From Eubacteriales bacterium (GTDB taxonomy: Bacteria; Bacillota; Clostridia; Oscillospirales; CAG-382): a DNA stretch of 44,671 nt. Of this stretch, positions 1 to 10,995 are shown in pieces (the first letter of the stretch is position 1; every line of letters starts with the position of its first letter). The stretch lies in assembly GCA_045596605.1 (NCBI GenBank), contig JAZOCR010000150.1:1-44671 (forward strand), read 5' to 3'. The notes beneath the pieces were generated by a model, which worked only from the letters and a program-made list of their open reading frames with translations, had not been told where the DNA came from and did no database searches. Made by a program: the position numbers and the translations under genes.

Positions 1-198
1 GGTTATTTCTACATTAACGGTGTAAAGCAGTTGGCATATCAGCTTGTAGAATATGAAGGTGATTATTACTTCATCAGCGACTACAACAAATATGTTACAA
101 ACAAGACCATGTATGTTGAAAAGAGATTCCTTGAAGGAACCAACTTCAAACCCGGTTATTACGAGTTTGATGCAGAAGGCAAAATGATCATTGAATAA
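1..198 (+). CDS. 3' end of a surface protein with aromatic-rich cell-wall-binding-type repeats (partial)
   Basis: Frame 1 is open from base 1: GYFYINGVKQLAYQLVEYEGDYYFISDYNKYV...PGYYEFDAEGKMIIE*. YYF and YYEFDAEGKM resemble choline/glucan-binding repeat units. Confidence 0.6.
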   Translation, partial: GYFYINGVKQLAYQLVEYEGDYYFISDYNKYVTNKTMYVEKRFLEGTNFKPGYYEFDAEGKMIIE

Positions 199-324
199 TT
201 TACAATATCATGCCCCACCCCTTTTGGGATGGGGTAACCGCACAAAATCAATGCCTCCACGGGGCGTGCGGTGGGCAACGACAGTGGTGTCGGCGAAATT
301 GATATTGATAATGAGGTATGAATT

Positions 325-1014
325 ATGCTTGCAGATAAAACGATTCGTAGAGATGGCTCCCCCCTTCTACCAAGAAGAATCATTCTTGCAGTAAGAAAAA
401 GACTGTCGAGAAAACACAGAGTGATTTTAAATCAGAATATAAGAGAAAAATTGAAGGACGTAAAACCATTTACAATTTTCAGTAATAACTGTTTAGGCGG
501 GGTGTTTTACAATGATGCCGGATTACAGTTTACTTCACCACTGATCAATACTGCTATGGATGGCGATGACTTTTTGAAGTTCCTTTCCAATCCAAGGCAC
601 TATTTGGAACATGAAATGGAGTTTTTCACGTGGGAAGGACGCAACTTTCCGATTGCACGTATTGATGATATTGAAGTAAATTTTGTGCATTATAAAACAC
701 CGGAAGAATGTATGGAAAAATGGAAAAAAAGAACAGAAAGGATTGTGTGGGATAATATTTTTATTGTTGCGACCAATCATGACGGCATGTGCCACGATGA
801 TTGCATGGAACGCTTCGATCGTTTACCGTATAAAAACAAGATTATGTTTGTTTCAAAGGATTATCCTCAGTACGATTGGGCAATTCCGATACGCCAATTC
901 AAAAATCGTTTTCAATGCCGTGTAACGGTTTCTTTTGCTGATATGAAGGGTCATCGTTACTATGAAACCGCATTTGATATTGCAAAGTGGATTCGCGACA
1001 ATAGCAGTGAATAA
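325..1014 (+). CDS. DUF1919-family exopolysaccharide biosynthesis protein
   Basis: FTIFSNNCLGG...FTSPLIN...VNFVHY...KWKKRTERI signature; EPS context. Confidence 0.8.
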   Translation: MLADKTIRRDGSPLLPRRIILAVRKRLSRKHRVILNQNIREKLKDVKPFTIFSNNCLGGVFYNDAGLQFTSPLINTAMDGDDFLKFLSNPRHYLEHEMEFFTWEGRNFPIARIDDIEVNFVHYKTPEECMEKWKKRTERIVWDNIFIVATNHDGMCHDDCMERFDRLPYKNKIMFVSKDYPQYDWAIPIRQFKNRFQCRVTVSFADMKGHRYYETAFDIAKWIRDNSSE

Positions 1015-1035
1015 TCTCCCTTTAGGTAATGATAA

Positions 1036-2226
1036 ATGAAAGTAGTTCAGATAAATACAGTGTGTGGTAGTGGCAGTACCGGAAAGATTTGTGTTGGAAT
1101 CAGCAGTGTTTTAGATGACTACGGCATAGAAAATTATATTTTATATACATCCGGACAATCAAAGGATTCTCACGGAATAAAATGTTCAGAACCTTTGCAT
1201 AAACTTCAGGCATTTCGCTCCCGTATTTTAGGAAACTATGGATTCAATTCTCGGAAAACGACCGAAATACTTATTTCAGAGCTGGAACGAATCAAACCTG
1301 ATGTGGTTCATCTCCATAATCTTCACGGACATAATTGTGATCTTTCGCTATTAATGAATTATTTCAAGAGTCATCATACAAAATTGTTTTGGACTTTTCA
1401 TGACTGCTGGGCATTTACTGCGTATTGTCCGCATTTTGTGATGGCGAAATGCGATAAATGGAAAACCGGTTGCCACCATTGCGTACAGAGCAAGACGTTT
1501 AGTTGGTTTTCAGATAGAAGCGCATGGCTATATGAAAAAAAGAGAAAAACCTTTGAAGGGTTGAATTTGACAATTATAACGCCATCTCATTGGCTTGCCG
1601 GTTTTGTGAAAGAATCTTTTTTGAAAGATTATCCGGTAAAAGTAATCCACAACGGCATTGACTTAAATGTTTTTTGTTGCAGAGATTCTGATTTCAGAGA
1701 AAGATATGGCATTGCGAAGGATCAATTTATGATTCTCGGTGTTGCTGATAAATGGGTGCCCAGAAAAGGACCGGATGTATTTATTGAGCTTTCAAAACAC
1801 TTGAATGAAAAATTTAAGATTGTGCTCGTGGGTACCGATGATTCGATCGATAAACAATTGCCTTCCAACATTATTTCTGTTCATCGTACTGCTAATCAGA
1901 TTGAACTTGCAAAGATTTATACTGCTGCTGACTTGCTTGTGAATCCAACAAGAGAAGAAGTTTTTGGTTTAGTAAATGTGGAAGCAAATGCATGCGGAAC
2001 TCCTGTTCTCATGTATCGAACGGGTGGAAGCCCTGAATGCATTGATGATAAATCTGGTGCTATAGTTGAATGCGATGATATTAATGCGTTATATCGAGAG
2101 ATTAATCGAATTTATCAAACAAGGCCTTTTATCAAAGCTGATTGTATTCAAAATGCAGAGCGTTTTCAAGAAAGAATCAAATATGAGGAGTATACGAGCC
2201 TATATTTTGAAAAGTATAAGGCGTGA
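1036..2226 (+). CDS. Glycosyltransferase family 4 (WcaC-like)
   Basis: QINTVCGSGSTGKI, HLHNLHG, WTFHDCW, IHNGID and EVFGLVNVEANACGTPV (EX7E) motifs. Confidence 0.9.
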   Translation: MKVVQINTVCGSGSTGKICVGISSVLDDYGIENYILYTSGQSKDSHGIKCSEPLHKLQAFRSRILGNYGFNSRKTTEILISELERIKPDVVHLHNLHGHNCDLSLLMNYFKSHHTKLFWTFHDCWAFTAYCPHFVMAKCDKWKTGCHHCVQSKTFSWFSDRSAWLYEKKRKTFEGLNLTIITPSHWLAGFVKESFLKDYPVKVIHNGIDLNVFCCRDSDFRERYGIAKDQFMILGVADKWVPRKGPDVFIELSKHLNEKFKIVLVGTDDSIDKQLPSNIISVHRTANQIELAKIYTAADLLVNPTREEVFGLVNVEANACGTPVLMYRTGGSPECIDDKSGAIVECDDINALYREINRIYQTRPFIKADCIQNAERFQERIKYEEYTSLYFEKYKA

Positions 2227-2255
2227 TGCAAAGTTTATTTTAGGGATCGGATAAT

Positions 2256-3407
2256 ATGAAAATTGCCATTATTACGCATTACTATAATAGTAAAAATTAT
2301 GGGGGGAATCTCCAAGCATATGCATTGTGCAAGGTCTTAGACCAAATGGGGATGAACGCAGAACAAATATCGTTTGATCGCTATGCAAATAGAAAAAGGT
2401 CAAGAATTACAGTAAAGAAGATTGCGAAAAATATTTTTTACGGGTTATCGAAATTAAGAAGCGTAAGTATTCGTGAAGGTTTGAAACATAGAAATCATCG
2501 GTTGGATGCTTTCAACAGAAATGTTATTCCTCATACAACGACAATATATAACGAAAAGAATATCTCTCAGTGCGTGGATAATTACGATGTGTTTATAACG
2601 GGAAGCGATCAAGTATGGCATCCTGTTGCATATTGTTCCGCTTATGGATTGGAATTTGTCCCTTCCAATAAAATTAAACTTTCTTATGCGGCAAGCTTGG
2701 CAAGCAGTGAAATAACGGATGAATATCGTAGTATTTTGAAAAGAAGTTTGGCGGATTTTAACGGAATATCTGTCAGAGAAAGTAGTTCGGTTGAGTTATT
2801 AAAGGATATTGTGACAACAAAGATACATGTGTCGTTAGATCCTGTTTTTTTGCTTTCGCAAGACCATTGGGATGAGGTGTGCAGTAATTTTACAGTTGAA
2901 TCACCATATATCTTCTGTTATTTTTTGGGTGATAACAAATTTGTACGAATGTTAACAGAGAAATATGCGAAAGAACATAATTTAAAGGTGGTTACACTTC
3001 CACATCTTCTGGGTAGTTATAGAAAATGCGATGCGAATTTTGGAGATGAAAGATTGTATGATGTTTCGCCTGAGGATTTTATAGCATTAATAAAAAACGC
3101 TCAGATGATATTTACAGATAGTTTTCATGCAGCTGTTTTTTCAATTATTTATGAAAAAGAGTTTGTTGTTTTCAATCGCGCTGCTGGAGGTACTGCCGGC
3201 GCGATGAAAACAAGATTGAATTGCTTATTGGATACGTTTAATTTGTCAGATCGTTTTTACAATTTTTCTGAAAATGATGGAATTGATTATATAGATTCTC
3301 TTTCAAAAATTGATTTCAGACCTGTGAAAACGATTCTTGAAGCTTTAAAATCAGATTCAATAAAATATTTGAAAAATTTTATATTAGAAAGTGGTTATGA
3401 AGATTAA
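2256..3407 (+). CDS. Polysaccharide pyruvyl transferase family protein
   Basis: NYGGNLQAYAL, GSDQVW, SYAAS, SVRE, DPVFLL and TDSFHA motifs. Confidence 0.9.
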   Translation: MKIAIITHYYNSKNYGGNLQAYALCKVLDQMGMNAEQISFDRYANRKRSRITVKKIAKNIFYGLSKLRSVSIREGLKHRNHRLDAFNRNVIPHTTTIYNEKNISQCVDNYDVFITGSDQVWHPVAYCSAYGLEFVPSNKIKLSYAASLASSEITDEYRSILKRSLADFNGISVRESSSVELLKDIVTTKIHVSLDPVFLLSQDHWDEVCSNFTVESPYIFCYFLGDNKFVRMLTEKYAKEHNLKVVTLPHLLGSYRKCDANFGDERLYDVSPEDFIALIKNAQMIFTDSFHAAVFSIIYEKEFVVFNRAAGGTAGAMKTRLNCLLDTFNLSDRFYNFSENDGIDYIDSLSKIDFRPVKTILEALKSDSIKYLKNFILESGYED

Positions 3408-4938
3408 TCAAATTAAATTGGGTTCTGTTATATCATACATACAGATTTTAGCAGGAATAATTATAGGACTTGTTTATACTCCTTGGATGATTTGGTTGCT
3501 TGGTGATAGTGAATATGGATTATACAATACGGCAGTATCGACGATATCAATGCTTTCTGTATTAAGTCTTGGTTTTAACAGTGGGTATATCCGATTTTTC
3601 TCAAAATATCGAAAAGAAAATAATTTGAAAAAAATATTCAGTTTAAACGGAATGTATTTGCTGGTTTTTATCATTATTGCGTTGCTTTCTTTGGTTTGCG
3701 GTTTGTTTTTAGCATCTCATTTAGATGTTGTTTTTGACAAAGGTTTAACCAATCAAGAATTTGAATTGGCACGCAGCTTAATGATTTTATTGACATTCAA
3801 TTTAGCATTGTCTTTTCCAATGAGTGTATTTGTCAATATTATATCAGCTCATGAAAAGTTTGTACTGTTAAAATTGTTGGGACTAATGAAAACTGTTATT
3901 AGTCCGTTGGTAACTTTGCCGCTACTTTTGATGGGTTTTAATTCTGTGGCTATGGTTGCAGTTACAATTATAATTGCCACTGTTACAGATATTGTATATG
4001 TATATTACGTTATATTTATATTGAAACAGAAGTTTGTTTTCAAAAATTTTGAAATCACTTTATTTAAGGAGTTGTTTTTGTATATCAGTTTTATAGCGAT
4101 CAATCTAATCGTTGATCAAATAAACTGGAATGTGGATAAGTTACTTTTGGCAAGATATAAGGGCACTTATGCGGTTGCGATTTATTCCGTTGGATATACT
4201 TTGTTTAGTTATTATATGATATTTTCAACAGCGATTTCGGGATTATTTACACCAAGAGTCCACAAAATTGTGTGTGATAATTCAGAAGATCTTAATAAAT
4301 ATCAATTATTATCAGCCTTGTTTATCAAGGTAGGACGAATTCAGTTTATGATTTTAGGTTTGATAGCTAGTGGACTTTTTATTTTTGGATATCAATTTAT
4401 AATTCAAATTTGGGCAGGAGAAGGATATTCAGAATCATATTATGTTATGATTTTTTTGGTATTGGCTTCTTTCCCGGCTTTGATTCAGAATGTTGGGATT
4501 GAAATTCAGCGTGCACTCAACAAACATAGATTTCGTTCAATTGTATATGCTATTATGGCATTGTTAAATCTTATTATGTCTATTTATCTTTGCCAAAAGT
4601 TTGGAGCAATAGGCAGTGCTTTTGGGACGGCATTTTCGTTAATTGTCTGCAATGGCATAATTATGAATGTTTATTACGCCAAAGAATGTAGACTGGATGT
4701 TGTTTCGTTTTGGAAAAATATTATTTGTATGCTTAAGGGATTTGTTTTTCCTATTGCTGTTTCCATATGTCTATATTTCTTTTGGTTGGACGATTCGATA
4801 ATTACCATGTTGTTTAAAATTGCAATATATACCCTGTCGTATTGTGTTTCGATGTGGTGTTTTGCTATGAATGACTATGAAAAGAATTTATTTAAAAAAC
4901 CAATATTTTTATTGATTAATAAACCAAGAAAGAGATAA
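3397..4938 (+). CDS. wzx: Oligosaccharide flippase (Wzx/MATE-like polysaccharide exporter)
   Basis: Many hydrophobic segments; LG.SEYGLY and DKLLL...AVAIYSVG motifs; overlaps the upstream stop. Alternative GTG start at 3391. Confidence 0.85.
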   Translation: MKINQIKLGSVISYIQILAGIIIGLVYTPWMIWLLGDSEYGLYNTAVSTISMLSVLSLGFNSGYIRFFSKYRKENNLKKIFSLNGMYLLVFIIIALLSLVCGLFLASHLDVVFDKGLTNQEFELARSLMILLTFNLALSFPMSVFVNIISAHEKFVLLKLLGLMKTVISPLVTLPLLLMGFNSVAMVAVTIIIATVTDIVYVYYVIFILKQKFVFKNFEITLFKELFLYISFIAINLIVDQINWNVDKLLLARYKGTYAVAIYSVGYTLFSYYMIFSTAISGLFTPRVHKIVCDNSEDLNKYQLLSALFIKVGRIQFMILGLIASGLFIFGYQFIIQIWAGEGYSESYYVMIFLVLASFPALIQNVGIEIQRALNKHRFRSIVYAIMALLNLIMSIYLCQKFGAIGSAFGTAFSLIVCNGIIMNVYYAKECRLDVVSFWKNIICMLKGFVFPIAVSICLYFFWLDDSIITMLFKIAIYTLSYCVSMWCFAMNDYEKNLFKKPIFLLINKPRKR

Positions 4939-4940
4939 TT

Positions 4941-6092
4941 ATGATAGACATAATAAAAGACAAATATAATTGTACCGGTTGTGCGGCATGTTTGAATATT
5001 TGTCCTAAACAGTGTATTACATTGAAAAAGGATTCTGAAGGTTTTTTTTATCCACATATAGATCAAGATTGTTGTGTACAGTGCAATTTGTGTACAATAG
5101 TATGTCATAGTGACAAAGAAAAATTTTCAACCCCAAATACGCTTGAAGCTTATGCGGCATATATAAAGTATGAAAAAGAACTTCAAAATAGTTCTTCAGG
5201 CGGAATATTTAGAGAAATTGCTGTTTTTGTAATTAAAAATGGAGGAATTATTTATGGCGCTGCATTTACGGATGCATATACCGTGAAGCATATAGCAGTT
5301 GACTCATTGGAAGATATTTGTTTGTTACAAGGATCCAAATATTTACAAAGTTATATGGGGAATAATTATTCTCTTATTAAGCAGAACCTTGAAACAGGTC
5401 GCTGGGTTTTGTTCACAGGAACTCCATGTCAAGTAGCCGGATTGAAAAAATATTTGAAAAAGGATTACGACAATCTGTTTACATTGGATATTGTTTGCCA
5501 CGGAGTCCCTTCGCCTATGGTGTGGAAGAAATATGTTCAGCATATAGAATCTTTTACATCAGCTAAAGTTAAACATATAAACTTCAGGGACAAAACATAT
5601 GGATGGCATAAATTTAGTATCTGTCTAGATTTCGATAATGGATTGAAGCAAAGAACGGTATTTACTGAAGATCTTTTTATGAAAGGCTTTTTGGCTGATA
5701 TTTATTTGCGTCCATCGTGTTATCATTGTGATTACAAAACAATTAGTAGAATTAGTGATTTTACATTAGCCGATTTTTGGGGAATACAATATATATGTCC
5801 TGAAATGGAAAACAAAAATGGTACCTCATTGTGTTGGTTGAATACAGAAAAATCAAAGTTGGTTTGGGAAAATATAAAAGACGGAATTGTTTTTAAAAGA
5901 GTTAATTTGGAAAATGCTTTAAAATATAATTCTGCAGCGCTTTATTCATCTTCGATGCCAAAATCAAGGGAAAAATTTTTCGAATTACTTGCTGTTTCTA
6001 ATTTTGATATAGCTATTAAAACGGTTTTGCCCAAACAAAATTTTTATCAAAAAGTAGTCAGAAGATTAAAAAAATTATTGAAAAACATTTAA
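4941..6092 (+). CDS. Coenzyme F420 hydrogenase beta-subunit (FrhB)-like protein with N-terminal 2x[4Fe-4S] ferredoxin domain
   Basis: CTGCAACLNICP and CVQCNLCTIVC ferredoxin motifs; SSSGG, GSKYLQS, GTPCQV, CHGVPS and RPSCYHC. Confidence 0.9.
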   Translation: MIDIIKDKYNCTGCAACLNICPKQCITLKKDSEGFFYPHIDQDCCVQCNLCTIVCHSDKEKFSTPNTLEAYAAYIKYEKELQNSSSGGIFREIAVFVIKNGGIIYGAAFTDAYTVKHIAVDSLEDICLLQGSKYLQSYMGNNYSLIKQNLETGRWVLFTGTPCQVAGLKKYLKKDYDNLFTLDIVCHGVPSPMVWKKYVQHIESFTSAKVKHINFRDKTYGWHKFSICLDFDNGLKQRTVFTEDLFMKGFLADIYLRPSCYHCDYKTISRISDFTLADFWGIQYICPEMENKNGTSLCWLNTEKSKLVWENIKDGIVFKRVNLENALKYNSAALYSSSMPKSREKFFELLAVSNFDIAIKTVLPKQNFYQKVVRRLKKLLKNI

Positions 6093-6128
6093 ATAATTTA
6101 ATGTATTAATCTTGGAAAGGGATTTTGT

Positions 6129-7208
6129 ATGAGATATGGTATTCCGATATTAATCACCGGCTCCGCCGGCTTCATCGGTGCGAATTTGGTTTTACGCCTT
6201 ATGGAAACCGACGAGCCCATTACTGTAGTCGGTCTTGACAACATGAACGACTACTATGACGTTTCCCTTAAGGAGTATCGTTTATGCAAAATTGAAGAAT
6301 TGGCTCGAAAGAACCCTCATGTGACATGGCGTTTTGTTCAGGGAAGTATTGCGGACAAGGCACTTGTTAATTCGCTTTTTGAAAAATATCACTTTGATAT
6401 CGTTGTAAATCTTGCTGCTCAGGCAGGTGTCAGATATTCTATCGATCACCCCGATGCTTACATAGAATCTAATATTATTGGATTTTACAATATTCTGGAG
6501 GCTTGTCGGCACTATCCCGTGGAGCATTTAGTATATGCTTCAAGTTCAAGCGTTTACGGTAGTAACAAGAAGATCCCATATTCCACAGATGACAAAGTGG
6601 ACAACCCTGTGAGTTTATACGCTGCTACAAAGAAGTCCAATGAGCTGATGGCGCACGCATATTCCAAGCTTTATAATATTCCATCAACAGGACTTCGTTT
6701 CTTCACAGTTTATGGTCCCGCAGGACGTCCCGATATGGCGTACTTTGGCTTTACAAACAAGCTTTTGCGAGGAGAAACCATCGAGATCTTCAATTACGGT
6801 AACTGCAAGCGTGATTTTACTTACGTAGACGACATCGTAGAAGGTGTTATTCGAGTTATGAACTGTGCTCCGAAAAAGGAAATAGGCGAGGACGGATTGC
6901 CGATTCCTCCTTATGCTGTCTATAACATCGGCAACAATGCGCCTGAAAATCTGCTTGATTTCGTAAATATTCTCGGCGAAGAGCTTATTGCGGCGGGTGT
7001 TCTGCCGAGCGACTTCGATATTTCAAAGCACAGCAAGCTCGTGCCGATGCAGCCGGGTGATGTTCCTGTCACATACGCTGATGTTACCCCTCTTGAAAAA
7101 GATTTCGGATTTAGACCCTCTACAAGCCTGCGTGAAGGACTTAGAGAATTCGCCATGTGGTATAAAGAATATTACATAGATAAAAAAACAAAGAATAAGC
7201 GAGGATAA
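6129..7208 (+). CDS. NAD-dependent epimerase, UDP-glucuronate 4-epimerase type
   Basis: [23 protein letters not shown] (YxxxK), [15 protein letters not shown] and MQPGDV. Confidence 0.9.
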   Translation: MRYGIPILITGSAGFIGANLVLRLMETDEPITVVGLDNMNDYYDVSLKEYRLCKIEELARKNPHVTWRFVQGSIADKALVNSLFEKYHFDIVVNLAAQAGVRYSIDHPDAYIESNIIGFYNILEACRHYPVEHLVYASSSSVYGSNKKIPYSTDDKVDNPVSLYAATKKSNELMAHAYSKLYNIPSTGLRFFTVYGPAGRPDMAYFGFTNKLLRGETIEIFNYGNCKRDFTYVDDIVEGVIRVMNCAPKKEIGEDGLPIPPYAVYNIGNNAPENLLDFVNILGEELIAAGVLPSDFDISKHSKLVPMQPGDVPVTYADVTPLEKDFGFRPSTSLREGLREFAMWYKEYYIDKKTKNKRG

Positions 7209-7210
7209 AG

Positions 7211-8443
7211 ATGAAGATAGCAGTAGCAGGGACAGGGTATGTCGGATTATCTCTTGCGGTACTTCTTGCTCAAAAACACGAAGTAATTGCGGTAGATGTT
7301 ATGCCTGAAAAAGTTGAGCTTATAAATAAGCATATAAGCCCAATTAAAGATGAATATATCGAGAAGTATCTCAAAGAAAAAAAATTAAATCTCTGCGCAA
7401 CGTTAGATGCCGAAGAAGCGTATAAGGAAGCAGAATACGTTATAGTCGCTACTCCGACCAACTATGACAGTAAACAAAATTATTTCGATACATCCGCTGT
7501 AGAATCTGTTATAGAAACTATCGAGAAATGTAATTCCGGTGCAGTGATCGTTATAAAATCCACAATTCCTGTGGGATTTACCGAGAAGATCCGGGCAAAA
7601 ACAGGTAATAAAAGAATTATATTTAGCCCCGAATTTTTACGTGAATCCAAAGCCTTGTATGATAATCTGTATCCCAGCAGAATTATCGTAGGAACTGACA
7701 AATCGGATGAAAAACTTACCGAAGCAGCTAAAAAATTTGCGGATATCCTGCAAGAATGTGCAATAAAAGAAGGTGTTGATATACTTCTTATGGGATTTAC
7801 CGAGGCTGAAGCGGTAAAGCTGTTTGCTAATACATACCTTGCGCTGAGAGTTAGCTTTTTCAACGAGCTTGACACGTATGCAGAAATGAAGGGACTTGAC
7901 ACCAAGTCAATTATTGATGGCGTTTGCCTTGATCCAAGAATAGGAGGGCATTACAACAATCCTTCCTTTGGATACGGTGGTTACTGTCTCCCCAAAGATA
8001 CCAAGCAGCTTTTGGCGAATTACAAAGATGTACCTCAAAATTTAATTGAAGCCATTGTAGAGTCTAATCGAACAAGAAAGGACTTTATTGCAAGTCGTGT
8101 GCTTGAAAAGGCTGATTATTACTCTGAAAACGGTCAATGGGATTCTAAAATTGAAAAAGAAGTAGTTATTGGCATATATCGCTTGACCATGAAATCCAAT
8201 TCCGACAACTTCCGCCAAAGCTCTATCCAAGGCATAATGAAGCGAATCAAAGCCAAAGGCGCAAGAGTTATCATTTATGAACCAATATTATCTGATGGCG
8301 ATACTTTTTTTGGAAGCGAAGTTGTAAACGATTTGGAGAAATTTAAAGAGTTAAGCGAGGTTATTCTTGCAAACAGATATGACAGTAATTTGGATGATGT
8401 AAACGAAAAGGTGTATACAAGAGATCTTTTTAAAAGAGATTAA
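7211..8443 (+). CDS. ugd: UDP-glucose 6-dehydrogenase
   Basis: [33 protein letters not shown] and SDNFR. Confidence 0.95.
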   Translation: MKIAVAGTGYVGLSLAVLLAQKHEVIAVDVMPEKVELINKHISPIKDEYIEKYLKEKKLNLCATLDAEEAYKEAEYVIVATPTNYDSKQNYFDTSAVESVIETIEKCNSGAVIVIKSTIPVGFTEKIRAKTGNKRIIFSPEFLRESKALYDNLYPSRIIVGTDKSDEKLTEAAKKFADILQECAIKEGVDILLMGFTEAEAVKLFANTYLALRVSFFNELDTYAEMKGLDTKSIIDGVCLDPRIGGHYNNPSFGYGGYCLPKDTKQLLANYKDVPQNLIEAIVESNRTRKDFIASRVLEKADYYSENGQWDSKIEKEVVIGIYRLTMKSNSDNFRQSSIQGIMKRIKAKGARVIIYEPILSDGDTFFGSEVVNDLEKFKELSEVILANRYDSNLDDVNEKVYTRDLFKRD

Positions 8444-8470
8444 TACATAAATATGATAAATGAGGGGGTA

Positions 8471-9940
8471 ATGATGACAACGAATAAAAGTACCGAATTA
8501 CGACGACAATTATCACCCGTGCATGTATGGGCGTTAGCATTTGGATGTATTATAGGTTGGGGATCTTTTGTAAATCCCGGTAAAAAATTCTTGCCAAACT
8601 CCGGTGTTGCAGGCACTGCTATCGCTATGGCACTTGGTGCTATCGTAATGATTATCATTGCCTTTAGCTACGCTTACATGATTCCTAAGTATCCAAAAGC
8701 CGGTGGAGAATTCACTTTCACCAAAGAATGCTTTGGTAAAAAAGCCGCATTTGTTTGTGGTTGGTTTTTAATTGCGGCGTATCTTACAAATGTTCCTATG
8801 AATTCTACCGCAATAGGACTTATAGTAGACGGTCTTGACGGAGCAGCGGATATTTTGAAGCTTGGCTTCCACTATTCGGTTGCGGGATTTGATATATACT
8901 TTGGAGAAATGATATTTGCCACGGCGATTTTGATAATATTTGCAGTCGTCAATCTGTTAGGTGTAAAAAAAGCAGGCATTGTTCAAACTGTATTGTCCGG
9001 TTTGCTTGTTATTTCTGTGTTTACTTTGGCTATTTCGGCTTTGATAAGTAGTAAGGCACAGGGAATCAACATGGTGCCTATTTGGGGATTTGATAAAAGT
9101 GCGGCAATGGCTGCAGGTGCCACTACCGAGAATATATCCGACTTTGCAAAAAGCGGTACCGGCGGAATTATTTCTTCAATCTTAGCTACATTTGCCATTG
9201 CACCTTGGGCATATGTGGGATTTGATACCATTCCACAGGCTGCAGAAGAATTTAAATTTTCTTACAAAAAGGTAATTGGCATCATGGTTATCGCCATATT
9301 GTTCGGTTGCTTCGTCTATACAACAAACAATACAGTAGCTGCTGCAGTGCTTGAAAATTGGCCTGATAGAGTAATGGCGGGAGAATGGGTACTCTTGGTT
9401 GCCGCAGAAGAAATGCTGGGAATGCTCGGCAAAATTCTGATTGGTGTTGCTGTATCCTGCGCCGTTCTTTCGGGAATTATGGGCTTCTATTTGGCATCCT
9501 CACGTCTTATGTATTCAATGGCTGCGGACGGGTATCTGCCCCCAGTGTTCGGCAAGCTCAATGAGAAATACGGAACACCTACAAACGCAATTATTTTTTG
9601 TTTTATCATTTCTCTTTCCGGACCGATACTTGGTAGAGAAGCCTTAGGCTGGTTTGTAGATATGTCTGCAATTGGTGCGTCAATGGGCTTCTTATTTACG
9701 AGTGCTTCTGTATTGAAGAACATGAAATTAGACAAAAATGTAAACTTACGCATGAAGTCAATGGCAATATTAGGTGTGATGTTTTCTTTAATTTTTATGA
9801 TTCTGCAACTTATACCAATTCCGGGGCTGTACGGCGTGAATTTTGGTAAAGAATCTTATCTAATGCTATTGGCGTGGGTAGTAATAGGCATAATATTCTA
9901 TCTTGTTAAAAAGAAAAAAATAACGAAAGAAGTGGAGTAG
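8471..9940 (+). CDS. APC-family amino acid permease
   Basis: GCIIGWGSF (TM1), P.AGGEF, AYVGFD and SRLMYSMA.DG motifs; about 12 TM segments. ATG 8471 follows GAGGGG (ORF track start 8453). Confidence 0.88.
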   Translation: MMTTNKSTELRRQLSPVHVWALAFGCIIGWGSFVNPGKKFLPNSGVAGTAIAMALGAIVMIIIAFSYAYMIPKYPKAGGEFTFTKECFGKKAAFVCGWFLIAAYLTNVPMNSTAIGLIVDGLDGAADILKLGFHYSVAGFDIYFGEMIFATAILIIFAVVNLLGVKKAGIVQTVLSGLLVISVFTLAISALISSKAQGINMVPIWGFDKSAAMAAGATTENISDFAKSGTGGIISSILATFAIAPWAYVGFDTIPQAAEEFKFSYKKVIGIMVIAILFGCFVYTTNNTVAAAVLENWPDRVMAGEWVLLVAAEEMLGMLGKILIGVAVSCAVLSGIMGFYLASSRLMYSMAADGYLPPVFGKLNEKYGTPTNAIIFCFIISLSGPILGREALGWFVDMSAIGASMGFLFTSASVLKNMKLDKNVNLRMKSMAILGVMFSLIFMILQLIPIPGLYGVNFGKESYLMLLAWVVIGIIFYLVKKKKITKEVE

Positions 9941-9945
9941 AAAGT

Positions 9946-10995
9946 ATGTCGTTGTTCAATAACAAAACCCTCCTCATAACCGGCGGCACAGGTTCCTTCG
10001 GCAACGCCGTGTTGAACCGATTTCTTGCCACGGATATAGGAGAAATCAGAATTTTTTCTCGTGACGAGAAAAAGCAGGACGATATGCGCCACGAATTTCA
10101 GGTTAAGATGCCTGAGGTGGCGGATAAAATAAAATTTTATATTGGCGATGTGCGTGACATCCAATCCGTGCGCAACGCTATGCACGACGTAGACTACATA
10201 TTCCATGCTGCCGCTCTAAAGCAGGTACCGTCATGCGAGTTCTTTCCTATTGAGGCAGTAAAGACCAATGTGCTTGGCACGGAAAACGTATTGACTGCAG
10301 CAATTGAAGCGGGCGTAAAGAACGTTGTTTGTCTTTCGACAGATAAGGCGGCATATCCCGTAAACGCTATGGGGACAAGCAAGGCGATGATGGAGAAGGT
10401 TATCGTTGCAAAGTCGAGAACGGTTGACCCGAAAAAGACAAAAATCTGCTGCACACGTTACGGCAACGTTATGTGCAGTCGTGGCTCTGTCATTCCACTT
10501 TGGATTGACCAGATTCGTTCAGGCAACCCCATCACTATTACAGATGGCAACATGACACGCTTCATTATGTCGCTTGACGAGGCTGTTGATCTCGTGTTGT
10601 TTGCCTTCGAGCACGGTGAGAGTGGTGATATTCTCGTTCAAAAAGCGCCTGCTTGCACAATTAAGACACAGGCTGAGGCAGTTTGCGAGCTGTTCGGCGG
10701 TGATAAAAACAACATCAAGGTCATCGGCATCCGTCACGGCGAGAAAATATACGAAACGCTTCTCACCAACGAGGAATGCGCAAATGCAGAGGACATGGGC
10801 AACTTCTACCGTGTACCTTGTGACAAGCGTGGACTTAATTATGATAAATATTTCAACAAAGGTGATACTGAACGCAACACGCTTACCGAGTTTAATTCTA
10901 ATAACACCAAGCTTCTGAATGTAGCGGAAACCAAGGCAAAGATTGCAAGCCTTAAATATATTCAGGACGAGCTTGCAAAGGGAGCAAGTGTATGA
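9946..10995 (+). CDS. fnlA: UDP-GlcNAc 4,6-dehydratase/5-epimerase (FnlA/CapE), UDP-L-FucNAc pathway
   Basis: TGGTGSFG, FSRDEKKQ, AAALKQVPSCEF, STDKA and TRYGNVMCSRGSV; followed by fnlB- and fnlC-like genes. Confidence 0.9.
   Translation: MSLFNNKTLLITGGTGSFGNAVLNRFLATDIGEIRIFSRDEKKQDDMRHEFQVKMPEVADKIKFYIGDVRDIQSVRNAMHDVDYIFHAAALKQVPSCEFFPIEAVKTNVLGTENVLTAAIEAGVKNVVCLSTDKAAYPVNAMGTSKAMMEKVIVAKSRTVDPKKTKICCTRYGNVMCSRGSVIPLWIDQIRSGNPITITDGNMTRFIMSLDEAVDLVLFAFEHGESGDILVQKAPACTIKTQAEAVCELFGGDKNNIKVIGIRHGEKIYETLLTNEECANAEDMGNFYRVPCDKRGLNYDKYFNKGDTERNTLTEFNSNNTKLLNVAETKAKIASLKYIQDELAKGASV

Noticed and set aside
4941-6092. Methanogen-type F420 hydrogenase
   Set aside because: No alpha or gamma subunits; the context is a polysaccharide locus where this family is common.
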